Below are positions 25,501-34,393 of a stretch of DNA of 38,724 bases, piece by piece. Below the pieces are notes generated by a model. It was given only the letters and a program-made list of their open reading frames with translations. It was not told the DNA's origin and searched no databases. The translations under genes and the position numbers were made by a program. The stretch is from Desulfobacteraceae bacterium (GTDB lineage: Bacteria; Desulfobacterota; Desulfobacteria; Desulfobacterales; UBA11574). Within the stretch, counting starts at the first letter, position 1, and the number at the start of each line of letters is the position of its first letter. The DNA lies in contig JAUWLP010000002.1 in the NCBI GenBank assembly GCA_030613575.1, positions 1 to 38,724 on the forward strand. Reading direction: 5' to 3'.

Positions 25501-26676
25501 TCAGGTGGGGCTTAGGCTTTCTTGCGTATTGTTGTCATGTGTCTGGGGTGAGGAGGGCTTATGGCCACAGGCTTCATTATGGGCATGATGGGCATGGTGA
25601 TGGCTTGACTTGTTGAAGAGGCCGTTTAGTTTCCCGTAAATCGGCCTGACCGACAATGCGAGTAAAATGATGGTACCCGCCAGTTGGCCCTGGAAAGGAA
25701 TGAGTTCAGCCGCCTGGCCGGCCACGGCCCGGGCTGACAACTCCAACCCTGCGTATATCTGATCCAGGACCAATCCACAAAACACGGCAAAGACGGCCAG
25801 AGTAAGCAGGTAGATGGCAGTAGCCCTCTTTCCAAGGAGTCCAAAAAGAACGGATAACGAGGTAATATTGGTGGCCGGGCCAACAAGCAAAAAAACCAGA
25901 GCGGCACCCGGGCTCACTCCCTTGAGAATGAAGGCTGCTGCGATAGGGGTCGAGGCTGTCGCACATATATAGAGCGGGATGCCCATGGCCAGCATAATCA
26001 TCATGGACGACAAGCCACCCCCAAGATAGTGGACAAAAAGCTGTGAAGGGACCAGCGCAGAAATCAATCCGGCCAGAAGGATTCCTGTAAAAAACCATCC
26101 TGCAAGATCTCCCCATATATCGGTTATTGCAAACTTGAGGCCTGCCTGTAATTTTTCAACAAAGGAGTGATGGCGTTTATGTTCATCCGGAGAACAGTCA
26201 ATCCCGTCACAGCATCCATCTACCGGGCAGCTTAAATCCGCCTTTATGTTGTCTTTATCGTTCACGCTATGAAACAGATTTTCAGTTACACCGGCAGCAA
26301 CGGCGGTGAGAAATGCCGCTACCGGTCGGGCCACTGTCATGAGCGGGTCGAGCAAGGCGTAGGTAATAGCCATGGAGTCCACCCCGGATTCCGGTGTTGA
26401 GATCAGAAAAGCGGTGGTAGCGCCGTTGTTGGCCCCCTGCTTTTTTAATGCTGCTGCCGCCGGCAGCACTCCACAGGAACATAAGGGGATGGGTATTCCG
26501 AAGATGGCGGCCTTAAATACAGAGGTAAAGCGTCCTTGCCCAAGATGTTTGGCCACAGTTGCCGGACTGAGAAAGACCTTCAACAAACCGCCCACCAGAA
26601 TACCAAAAAGAATATATACTGCTGCTTCTAATAATAGATGCCAGGACTGTAGAAAAATGTTGACTAAGGTGTTCAT
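25501..26676 (-). CDS. SO_0444-type putative metal efflux permease (ArsP/DUF318 permease family) with a His-rich tail
   Basis: Polytopic protein with the GIPIPLCSCGVLP motif, a Cys-rich loop (CPVDGCCDGIDC) and the C-terminal SSHHHAHHAHNEACGH. Confidence 0.8.
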   Translation of the reverse strand: MNTLVNIFLQSWHLLLEAAVYILFGILVGGLLKVFLSPATVAKHLGQGRFTSVFKAAIFGIPIPLCSCGVLPAAAALKKQGANNGATTAFLISTPESGVDSMAITYALLDPLMTVARPVAAFLTAVAAGVTENLFHSVNDKDNIKADLSCPVDGCCDGIDCSPDEHKRHHSFVEKLQAGLKFAITDIWGDLAGWFFTGILLAGLISALVPSQLFVHYLGGGLSSMMIMLAMGIPLYICATASTPIAAAFILKGVSPGAALVFLLVGPATNITSLSVLFGLLGKRATAIYLLTLAVFAVFCGLVLDQIYAGLELSARAVAGQAAELIPFQGQLAGTIILLALSVRPIYGKLNGLFNKSSHHHAHHAHNEACGHKPSSPQTHDNNTQESLSPT

Positions 26677-26768
26677 AAGTTTCCTTGTTTAAATTTCCAC
26701 CCAATGTTTAAATCAATAAACCACCTGATGCGTTCAAAAAGTCGATATCAGGTAAAAGGCGAATAGAT

Positions 26769-27191
26769 TCACAAAAGACCGACAAGTTTTTCCATGTAAG
26801 TGTAAAGCTGCTTTGCTTCATCCTCACTCAATGAAGATGTGATTTCCCGGGTTAGTCCAAGGTGCAGTTTATGGTGTTCTTTAAAATATTTTTGACCCTT
26901 TTTCGTGAGGACAAGAAAGATGGAACGTCGATCGTTCTCATTAGGCCTGCGCGAAATCAAACCATTTTGTTCCAGCCGGTCGGTCATAACCGTGAGAGTT
27001 CCTGTAGTTACACCAAGCTTTTGGGCTAACTCCTTCATTCTCAGGCTCTCCTGGTGGCCCATAATTTCGATGGCATGCATCTGGGCCGGGGTAAGACCGC
27101 TTTCCTTAACCACGGCATGTTCCCAGGAAGACATCTTTTCGTAAAGCTCGATTAAAATTGAAGAAAGTTTTTCTATGTCGGTATGGTGCAT
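26769..27191 (-). CDS. MarR-family transcriptional regulator
   Basis: ATG 27191 has GAGG upstream; the track's GTG at 27272 is rejected. Winged-helix core MKELAQKLGVTTGTLTVMTDRLEQNGLISRRPNENDRRS. It also has a His cluster, KEHHKLH. Confidence 0.85.
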   Translation of the reverse strand: MHHTDIEKLSSILIELYEKMSSWEHAVVKESGLTPAQMHAIEIMGHQESLRMKELAQKLGVTTGTLTVMTDRLEQNGLISRRPNENDRRSIFLVLTKKGQKYFKEHHKLHLGLTREITSSLSEDEAKQLYTYMEKLVGLL

Positions 27192-27247
27192 GGTACCTCG
27201 CTTAATTGTTTTGGGCGTATATACTCTTCTCTCCCAAACGGATTTAT

Positions 27248-27615
27248 TTTTAGACAGGATAACAGGATACACAAGATATTTTATTTCCTGTTAATCAATC
27301 CCGCGGAACGCGAGACCTAAATCCTGGAAATATACAATTAAATACTGATTCGATCAGGCTTTAGAAAAGCGCTTCATCAAAAATTATTTTTTGGATTTAA
27401 ATAATAATTGGTATTAAGGTTCGTCTTCTTTGCTATTATGCATTCAATACTCATTTTGCCGTGGGAGAGGCATCCTGCCTCAAAAACCGTGGCTGAAAGG
27501 CATTCCCACAGGTTTGAAATGAAAAGCTATTTCCAGGATACGGATTTATGATATACAAGATTTGCATTAACTCTTTTTTTATAAAATCAAGTCAATCCTG
27601 TAATCCTGTCTAAAA
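27248..27615. repeat. Nested inverted-repeat (MITE-like) element between the P-type ATPase and marR
   Basis: The outer arms are TTTTAGACAGGATAACAGGATAC (27248-27270) and GTCAATCCTGTAATCCTGTCTAAAA (27591-27615). The inner perfect 12-mers are ATCCTGGAAATA (27321-27332) and TATTTCCAGGAT (27528-27539). Confidence 0.45.
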
Positions 27616-27658
27616 TATTTATCATTTCTCAGGAGATGAGAGTAACCGCACCTAATTC

Positions 27659-29587
27659 TTATTCTCTGGTGAAAGCTATGCTGGCAGAGCAAAGCACAAC
27701 TATAACAGACCCGATATTGTGTACGACTGCCCCCATGATCGGACTTAACAAACCTCCGCCGCTTGCCAGCACGGCCGTTGCATTAAATATCAATCCGAAC
27801 GCTATATTTAATTTAATAATCCTGTTCATCCTGCGACCGAGGCTTATCAAAAAGGGTATTTTTGAAATATCATCATTCATAAGGGCTATATCTGCCGTAT
27901 CCAGGGCCACATCTGTTCCTAAGGCTCCCATGGCTATTCCCACATCGGCAGAAGCCAGTGCCGGAGCATCGTTGATTCCATCACCTATAAACATTACCAC
28001 ATTTCCCGATGCCTGAAAATCCTTTATTATGTTAAGTTTGTCCTGGGGTTTCATTTCTGACCATACATCTTTCACACCGACAGATCCGGCCACTATCCTG
28101 ACGGATTTTTCATGGTCTCCGGAAAGAACTCCCACCTGTCTTATACCGAGATCCTTAAGCATTCTGACTGTTTTTGCAGATGAAGACCGCACCTGATCTG
28201 AAACGCTGATTATTCCCATTGGTTGCCGATCCCGGTACACCACTAAAGGGGTTGCCCCTCTTTCCTTTATGCTATCCAGCGATCTGCGCAGCTCAACGGG
28301 AAGACTCATAGTGCCTCCGCCGCCTATATAGGCGCTTCCAATTTGAATTTGTTTTCCACCAACCCATGCCTGAACACCGAGTCCGATACTGGTGTACACC
28401 CCTTCAGCTTTGATGAGTGTAACCCTGGCATAATGAGCGGCTTTTAAAACGGCGCGGGCAAACGGATGTGTGCTGTTCTTTTCAACAGATGCTGCCAGCG
28501 TCAAGACTTCTTTGTCATCAACCCCTGCGGCCGGGATAATATTATCAACTCGCGGACTCCCCTGTGTAAGGGTTCCGGTTTTATCAAAGAGTACAACATC
28601 CGCCCTGGCGCTTTCCTCAATAAATTGTCCTTGCTTTATCAGGATGCCTGCCCTTGCAGCCCGGCCGATAGTGGCTACCGTAGCAGTCGGGGCTGCCAGA
28701 ACCAGGGCGCATGGGCAGCCCACAATAAGTACTGTTATGGCCCGGTCCACATCTCCTGTGGCCAGCCAGGCGAGCCCTGCACAGGATAAAATTACGGGTG
28801 TGAACCAGCGTGCATAACGATCGACAAGTCTTACAGCCTGCGGCCTGTGTGCCTCTGCTTCCGATACAAGCTTGATAACCTTTCCGAGGGTGGTGTTTTC
28901 GCCAACTTCTGTTGTCTCAATTTCAACAACACCGTTCTGGTTTAATGTACCGGCATAAACTTTGTCGCCTATAGTTTTTTCGCTAGGGATCGGTTCACCG
29001 GTTATTGAAGATTCGTCCACCGCACTGCTTCCCTTCCTTACCACAGCATCAACAGGGATACGCTCGCCAGGTTTGACAAGAAGAATTTCTCCAACTTTAA
29101 CTTCACTAATCGGTTTTGTGGTCGCCCGGCCATTAACAAGCACTGTGGCTGTTTGCGGTGCGATACCAATGAGAGATTGAATCGACTTTCGTGCTGAATT
29201 ACTGGCTGCCTCTTCTATTAAAGCTCCCATCATCATGACAAAGCTGACAAAAGCTGCCTCCAGAAACTCCCCACGGACGAGGCAAGCTATGATTGCAAGA
29301 CTTACGAGTTCATCCACATTGAGTTTGCGTTGTACAAGGCCTTTGATACCACCCCAGATTATGGGAAGTCCGTTGATAGCCACAGATGCCAGGGCAAGTC
29401 CCATTGCCATTGCAGCAACTGCATCTCCAGACAGGTTCAACGCGAGCTTGATTGCCGACGCAGGATATATTCCTTTATCCAGAAGAAGGCTCAGCAGGGC
29501 AAAGATCCCTGCAAAAATGACCTTTAAAAATCCTCCCTGTTGCAGCAGTTCACGATAGACTCCAGGGCGGGAAAAACGACCGATCAT
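27659..29587 (-). CDS. Heavy-metal translocating P1B-type ATPase without an N-terminal metal-binding domain
   Basis: AGAGG RBS. Motifs: ITGEP, CPC (VGCPCALVLAAP), DKTGTLT, GDGINDAPAL, and the last-helix VHNIGSVIVV. There is no CxxC/HMA domain before the first helix. Confidence 0.95.
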   Translation of the reverse strand: MIGRFSRPGVYRELLQQGGFLKVIFAGIFALLSLLLDKGIYPASAIKLALNLSGDAVAAMAMGLALASVAINGLPIIWGGIKGLVQRKLNVDELVSLAIIACLVRGEFLEAAFVSFVMMMGALIEEAASNSARKSIQSLIGIAPQTATVLVNGRATTKPISEVKVGEILLVKPGERIPVDAVVRKGSSAVDESSITGEPIPSEKTIGDKVYAGTLNQNGVVEIETTEVGENTTLGKVIKLVSEAEAHRPQAVRLVDRYARWFTPVILSCAGLAWLATGDVDRAITVLIVGCPCALVLAAPTATVATIGRAARAGILIKQGQFIEESARADVVLFDKTGTLTQGSPRVDNIIPAAGVDDKEVLTLAASVEKNSTHPFARAVLKAAHYARVTLIKAEGVYTSIGLGVQAWVGGKQIQIGSAYIGGGGTMSLPVELRRSLDSIKERGATPLVVYRDRQPMGIISVSDQVRSSSAKTVRMLKDLGIRQVGVLSGDHEKSVRIVAGSVGVKDVWSEMKPQDKLNIIKDFQASGNVVMFIGDGINDAPALASADVGIAMGALGTDVALDTADIALMNDDISKIPFLISLGRRMNRIIKLNIAFGLIFNATAVLASGGGLLSPIMGAVVHNIGSVIVVLCSASIAFTRE

Positions 29588-29635
29588 GCCTTACCTCTTT
29601 TTAGAAAAACTGGACTGAATAAATATTGAAAAAAG

Positions 29636-29688
29636 CAAGTTAACTTGAGCTTCAAAATATTTGAACATAAAATATCTTGAAAGTCAAG
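29636..29688. promoter_or_regulatory. Two palindromes in the ATPase/phd divergent promoter region (candidate operators)
   Basis: CAAGTTAACTTG (29636-29647) is a perfect 12-bp palindrome. CTTGA-AAG-TCAAG lies at 29676-29688. Confidence 0.3.
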
Positions 29689-29817
29689 CTAATTATAACT
29701 TTTTTCAATTCAGAGAGGGATTTTCTTTTGGGTTGATATTTGTCTGCCCATTTATCCTTGACACGCTGATCTGAAGTGATTACTATGGAGTTCAAGTAAC
29801 TACTCGGAGGGGGTTTT

Positions 29818-30081
29818 ATGAGCACAGTAACTGCCAAACAATTGAAACAAAAAACAGGAGAAATCATCAGGAGGGTCAGGTCGGGTGAACGATTAACTGT
29901 CACCTATCGGGGAAAACCGGTGGCAGTCATAGCTCCACCTGCTCAGGATGAGAAAAAAACCCTTGAGGAATTGAGGCCATTCAATGACGCCTGGAGGGAT
30001 ATAGAAGAGACTTTGCAAAAGACAGGACCTGAATTTAAAGGATGGAAAGAGGCTACAGAGTGGATACGAAGCAGGACTTAG
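29818..30081 (+). CDS. Type II antitoxin, Phd/YefM family
   Basis: GGAGGGGG RBS. The N-terminus TVTAKQLKQKTGEIIRRVRSGERLTVTYRGKPVAVIAP is typical. It overlaps the downstream PIN gene. Confidence 0.85.
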   Translation: MSTVTAKQLKQKTGEIIRRVRSGERLTVTYRGKPVAVIAPPAQDEKKTLEELRPFNDAWRDIEETLQKTGPEFKGWKEATEWIRSRT

Positions 30082-30533
30082 TTTTAATCGATACAAATAT
30101 CTTCGTGATTGATCTCCGGTACAAAAGAGATGTTTATTACAAGATAAACCGGTCGTTTCTTGCTCATATAGCCAAAAAGAGGACAGGTTTTACAACTATT
30201 GTCAATCTGCTGGAACTTTGCGGCATTCTCTCATTTAATCTCAACGAAAAGCAGTTGACAGAACTATGGTTCTACTTTCAAGATAGATATCAGGTCACTG
30301 TTCTGCCTGTCCCCGATTTGGAGACTAACTTTCCAACCACAAGAATCAAGGAGATTTTTAATCAACTTAAGAGCAGAACCTCACTGGGTGATGCTCTGAT
30401 GATGGTTGTGGCAAGAAAACATTTGCCCTTCATTTCAACAATGATCACCTGGGATAAGGTACATTTCGAAAATATTTTTCCTGGCATTGTTTTGACCCCT
30501 GAGGAATTCTTGCAATCTCCTGATGTTGGATAA
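30042..30533 (+). CDS. PIN-domain (VapC-like) toxin
   Basis: Acidic PIN residues occur in LIDTNIF, LLELCG, GDALMM and TWD. The start is ATG 30042 or GTG 30060. Confidence 0.8.
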   Translation: MERGYRVDTKQDLVLIDTNIFVIDLRYKRDVYYKINRSFLAHIAKKRTGFTTIVNLLELCGILSFNLNEKQLTELWFYFQDRYQVTVLPVPDLETNFPTTRIKEIFNQLKSRTSLGDALMMVVARKHLPFISTMITWDKVHFENIFPGIVLTPEEFLQSPDVG

Positions 30534-30936
30534 CAAAGGAATTTTCCGTTGTTAAATCGAGTATCCAGGATCCAGCATCCAGCAGCTCGCCCTATAAGCA
30601 GTCACTCTTTCGCTTCCCGCTAAGGGCCACATCTTCTGAACGTTGACTTGGGAGATGCTTAAAAACCATACCTCAATCTGAAATAGATCATATCATTATG
30701 GCTGAACTATCTTAGTCAGGAACCTTCGGGGCTTGCATAGTGCGGGTCTTGCAGAAACCACTTTTTTACAGGCAGTTCCCTCGCTGCCAGGCGGTGGAAA
30801 AAAAGGTCTGTTTTCTCTGAAGAGTGGGCTGATAAGTTTGGTATAGTTTGTGTGCCCATAATATGTCCCTATTTGTTACCCTTGACATTGGGGTAGCATT
30901 TTGACAAAATAAGAAAAAAATGGGAGGGCATATGAT

Positions 30937-31179
30937 ATGCTGGTTCAGACCAAAGTACAGATTGACGCAAAAGATCATGATTTCATCAAGAAGACGTATA
31001 AGGACTTTCGCTACAGAAGCCTTAGTGAGTATATGCGAGAGGCTATCAACGCCAAGGTGAAAGAAGACCGCAAAAGGCTTCGTGAACTTAAAAGGGTAAA
31101 AGCCATGGAGATGATCGGCAGGACACAATATGATAACCTTTTTGAATCGATAGAAGGGGAAGATTTTGAAAACCGGTGA
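30937..31179 (+). CDS. Ribbon-helix-helix (CopG-like) antitoxin
   Basis: GGGAGGG RBS. An N-terminal beta strand is followed by the helix SLSEYMREAINAKV. It overlaps the MazF-like gene by 14 nt. Confidence 0.6.
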   Translation: MLVQTKVQIDAKDHDFIKKTYKDFRYRSLSEYMREAINAKVKEDRKRLRELKRVKAMEMIGRTQYDNLFESIEGEDFENR

Positions 31180-31531
31180 AATCTATTGGGTAAGTCTTGA
31201 TCCAGCCATTGGTGATGAAATCAAAAAAAAACGTCCGGTGCTCGTCTTGAACGCTGGGCATGACAAACATCTCAAACTTGCCATTGTTTTACCTATTACT
31301 GTCTGGAACCCGTATTGGAAGGGAAATCCTTTTTTCGTTTCTCTGGAACCTGACGCAAACAATGGCCTTCAGAAAAAATCGGTAGTTGACTGTTTTCAGA
31401 TCAGAGCCATCAGCCACAGGAGATTTGCGGAAAAGATCGGAAACATCTCAAACGATGAAATCAGCCTTGTAAAAAAGTCGATTGCCCTGATTCTTGACAT
31501 TGAGCCGGAACATTGCGAGTTGGATGACTAG
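31166..31531 (+). CDS. MazF/PemK-family endoribonuclease toxin
   Basis: TTG start. GEIYWVSLDPAIGDEIKKKRPVLVLN is the family's N-terminal signature. Confidence 0.85.
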   Translation: MKTGEIYWVSLDPAIGDEIKKKRPVLVLNAGHDKHLKLAIVLPITVWNPYWKGNPFFVSLEPDANNGLQKKSVVDCFQIRAISHRRFAEKIGNISNDEISLVKKSIALILDIEPEHCELDD

Positions 31532-31649
31532 GACTGCTCCTCCCTTCTAAAAAGCTGCGACGCAACATGCTTCCGTACAAGATATACCCTTACAAAACGA
31601 TATCTTTTGTCTATTTATACCCTTACAAATAAACAAAAAGGGGAATGCT

Positions 31650-33014
31650 ATGCTGAAAAGATCCGCGTTGCAATATCTCGAAAACTGGAAAGACAAAAAG
31701 ATAAGAAAACCGCTCGTCATCAGAGGAGCACGTCAGGTGGGTAAATCATATCTTGTTCGCATATTTGCCAAAGAAGCAGGATTAGATCTCATGGAAATCA
31801 ACCTTGAGCTCAGTGACGATTATGCGGATTGTTTCACCTCAAAAGATCCCAACCAGATTATTACACTGCTTGAGTTAAAAACTTCCCGGAGAATAACGCC
31901 CGGCAAGACCCTTCTTTTTCTTGATGAAATCCAGGTCACACCGCAAATTCTGGCTTCCCTGCGCTATTTTTATGAATTGATGCCCAGGCTGCATGTTATT
32001 GCCGCAGGTTCTCTGCTGGAATTTGTCCTGGAAGAACATACATTTTCAATGCCGGTGGGAAGAATAGAATACCTGCACCTGGGGCCGATGACCTTTAAAG
32101 AGTTTCTGACCGGAACCGGCAGAGAGCAACTGAGAGAATTTATTGAGCAGTTCCAGATACATGATAAATATCCATTGGTTATCCATGCTGAGCTCATGAA
32201 GATGTTCAGGGTTTATTGTGCCATTGGCGGTATGCCGGAAGCCATTCAGACATATCAAGATAGCGGCTCCATGCTTGACGTGGATACCATTAAGCAGTCA
32301 ATACTTCTCACCTATCGAGATGATTTCAGTAAATATGGCAAACGTGTCAAGCATATCCGGCTCCAGAGAGTTTTTCAAAAACTGCCCCTGCAGGTGGGAC
32401 AAAAGCTTAAATATGTCAACCTGGACCGAAACGAGAAAAGTTCCGAACTGAAAAAATCATTACATCTGCTGGCCCTGGCCAGGGTATATGCGCCGGTTTA
32501 CCATAGCGGGGCAAACGGGGTGCCGTTAAGGGCTGAAAGCAACGAAAAGGTGCAAAAGCCGTTATTTCTGGATGTTGGGCTGCTCGCGACAGCCTGGGGA
32601 ATGAGCTATGCTGATATTGCAAGCGCGGATAAAGTTAAGCTGGTTAATTCCGGTCCTATCTGTGAGCAGTTTATTGGCCAGCATCTTCTCTACGCCCGGC
32701 AATATTATGAAGAGCCGGAACTTTTTTACTGGTGCCGGGAAAAACGACAGGCATCATCCGAGGTTGATTTTGTGCAGGCTTGCCGCAGTATGATCTTTCC
32801 GGTGGAGGTGAAAGCGGGAAAAACCGGAACTCTGAAATCTCTCCAGGTATTTATTAAAGAAAAGGGAGTTAAATTGGGAGTCCGCTTCAATGCCGACCTG
32901 CCGGCCCTCCATGATGCAAATTTTTCTTTGCCAGGATCGTCCGGCACATTCAAATTGCTCTCTCTTCCCCTTTACATGGTTGAGGAACTGCAAAGAATTC
33001 TTGGCAGCATGTAA
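31650..33014 (+). CDS. AAA-family ATPase with a DUF4143-type C-terminal domain
   Basis: Walker A RGARQVGKSYL and Walker B LLFLDEIQ. The long C-terminal region ends in a PD-(D/E)xK-like EVDFV...VEVK segment. Confidence 0.85.
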   Translation: MLKRSALQYLENWKDKKIRKPLVIRGARQVGKSYLVRIFAKEAGLDLMEINLELSDDYADCFTSKDPNQIITLLELKTSRRITPGKTLLFLDEIQVTPQILASLRYFYELMPRLHVIAAGSLLEFVLEEHTFSMPVGRIEYLHLGPMTFKEFLTGTGREQLREFIEQFQIHDKYPLVIHAELMKMFRVYCAIGGMPEAIQTYQDSGSMLDVDTIKQSILLTYRDDFSKYGKRVKHIRLQRVFQKLPLQVGQKLKYVNLDRNEKSSELKKSLHLLALARVYAPVYHSGANGVPLRAESNEKVQKPLFLDVGLLATAWGMSYADIASADKVKLVNSGPICEQFIGQHLLYARQYYEEPELFYWCREKRQASSEVDFVQACRSMIFPVEVKAGKTGTLKSLQVFIKEKGVKLGVRFNADLPALHDANFSLPGSSGTFKLLSLPLYMVEELQRILGSM

Positions 33015-33108
33015 CTGTTGGTGGCGGGTGGTGTTGTAAATCCGTTGTTGTGTGAGTCGAAATCCTCAGAGACGTATGAAAAGAATAGATATATGAGTCT
33101 GTTTTTTT

Positions 33109-33354
33109 ATGATAAGACTAAATATACATGAAGCAAAAACACATCTTTCCCGATATCTTAAAGAACTGGCCAAAGACAAAACTATCATCTTATGCAAAAG
33201 AAATATCCCGATTGTTGAAATCAGGTCGATTCGCCCGAACAGGGAGTATCAACGCCCCATAGGATTAGCTAAAGGTGAATTTGAAGTTACCTCTGTTTTT
33301 TTTGAGCCCCTGCCGAAGGAAGTGCTTGCCGCTTTCAATGGGGATAATGCATGA
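33109..33354 (+). CDS. Type II antitoxin, Phd/YefM family (orphan)
   Basis: The sequence MIRLNIHEAKTHLSRYLKELAKDKTIILCKRNIPIVEI is typical of the family. Confidence 0.75.
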   Translation: MIRLNIHEAKTHLSRYLKELAKDKTIILCKRNIPIVEIRSIRPNREYQRPIGLAKGEFEVTSVFFEPLPKEVLAAFNGDNA

Positions 33355-33386
33355 AAATACTTTTAGATACCTGCACTTTTCTCTGA
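33351..33386 (+). pseudogene. Decapitated VapC/PIN toxin (first 11 codons only)
   Basis: ATGA overlap with the antitoxin stop. It reads MKILLDTCTFL then TGA, and no PIN continuation appears in any frame downstream. Confidence 0.5.
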
Positions 33387-33490
33387 AGAGTTAATCTTGC
33401 CAAAAAATAGCCAGGTTAACTTTGCTTCAGCCTTCGGTCTTTTAACTGAATCCCTGACTAATTACTATTTCTTGAGCATTAAAACAATTG

Positions 33491-34300
33491 CTATTCAACC
33501 TCGAATGTCAAGGTGGCTGTGTAGTGGAGTTGTCTGCACTTGTCCTTTAATTCAGCCGGTGCAGGCATCTTGATGTCAGCCTTGATAAGCCATGGCCCGT
33601 GATGCAGAATCCTGATTCTTGTCATGCCCTTTGCATTGGTTCCTGTGGCGTATGCAAAGTCATCATCAGTGGAAAAACCGCTGTATGTTGCGTACACTTT
33701 AAAGTACCTGGCCGGCTTGCCGTCAAACAGAACTTTAAGATCAAGAAAATCGCCTGTTCTCAGTTTGGCCGGGTTTTGCATCGGAATTATCTCCACCTTG
33801 TGACCCAGGGGAGTTAAATAGAAAGTGTCATCCGTTTCTCCAACACTGATAAGGGCCTTTGCATATCTTTCATGATAGAGACCTGTGATGACCCCTTCCA
33901 GTCCTGTCATGGGGCCAATATTATGACAAACCTTTCCTTTGTCTATGTACATTGTGTAAAATCCCGGCTCCACTGCCGCAGACACCATGTAAATGCCGGG
34001 CTTTTTCAACTCAATGGGAGTTGCAAGAAAACCTCCGGAACCTGGTTTGAGGTCTTTCCATTTGTTTTCTGATCCGGTACAGCGAAATTCAGTCAGGCGT
34101 TCCGACTTTATGAAATCGTGGACCGGATACTTGTGCCCGTAGCCAAAATAGACCTTTGTCCTGGCGCCAAATCTTTCATGAAAAGTCGGGGTGTAATCCG
34201 TAGCGTTTATCCAGACTAAGTGGGCAAAGGCCACTTGCGGGACAAACAGAAAAGTAGCCAGTAAAAAGGCTCTTAACACATGTGATTGAATCCTTTTCAT
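33491..34300 (-). CDS. DUF4198 periplasmic protein (COG5266, Ni/Co-uptake-associated type)
   Basis: ATG 34300 has a GGAGG RBS; the track start at 34351 is rejected. Signal peptide ends in VAFA-HLVW. Family assignment is from overall sequence pattern (HxxW start, GFYTMY...). Confidence 0.75.
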   Translation of the reverse strand: MKRIQSHVLRAFLLATFLFVPQVAFAHLVWINATDYTPTFHERFGARTKVYFGYGHKYPVHDFIKSERLTEFRCTGSENKWKDLKPGSGGFLATPIELKKPGIYMVSAAVEPGFYTMYIDKGKVCHNIGPMTGLEGVITGLYHERYAKALISVGETDDTFYLTPLGHKVEIIPMQNPAKLRTGDFLDLKVLFDGKPARYFKVYATYSGFSTDDDFAYATGTNAKGMTRIRILHHGPWLIKADIKMPAPAELKDKCRQLHYTATLTFEVE

Positions 34301-34393
34301 TACATTCCTCCTTGAGACCTCTGCAAAACGTTTCTTTTTGCCCGATTGCATTATAAAGAGACTTGAGCTTATACCTGCTGTGTGTCTCAGTTT

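Noticed and set aside
25455-25515. The hairpin CCCACCTG-N20-CAGGTGGG at the permease 3' end as a terminator.
   Set aside because: The loop is 20 nt. On the permease (minus) strand the stem is followed by A-rich rather than U-rich sequence, and one arm lies inside the coding region.
30766-31128. A 120-aa minus-strand ORF overlapping the RHH antitoxin gene and its promoter.
   Set aside because: It has no RBS or recognisable motifs. It is antisense to a well-supported antitoxin/MazF pair whose promoter (TTGACA near 30883) occupies the same DNA.
1653-34351. Longest-ORF starts from the track at 1653, 2656, 3456, 5019, 5797, 8567, 11529, 27272, 34351 and 36544.
   Set aside because: Internal ATG or TTG codons with proper Shine-Dalgarno spacing, ATGA/TGATG coupling to the upstream stop, or alignment to the paralog N-terminus fit better. 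The longer versions would overlap upstream genes or add non-conserved leaders.
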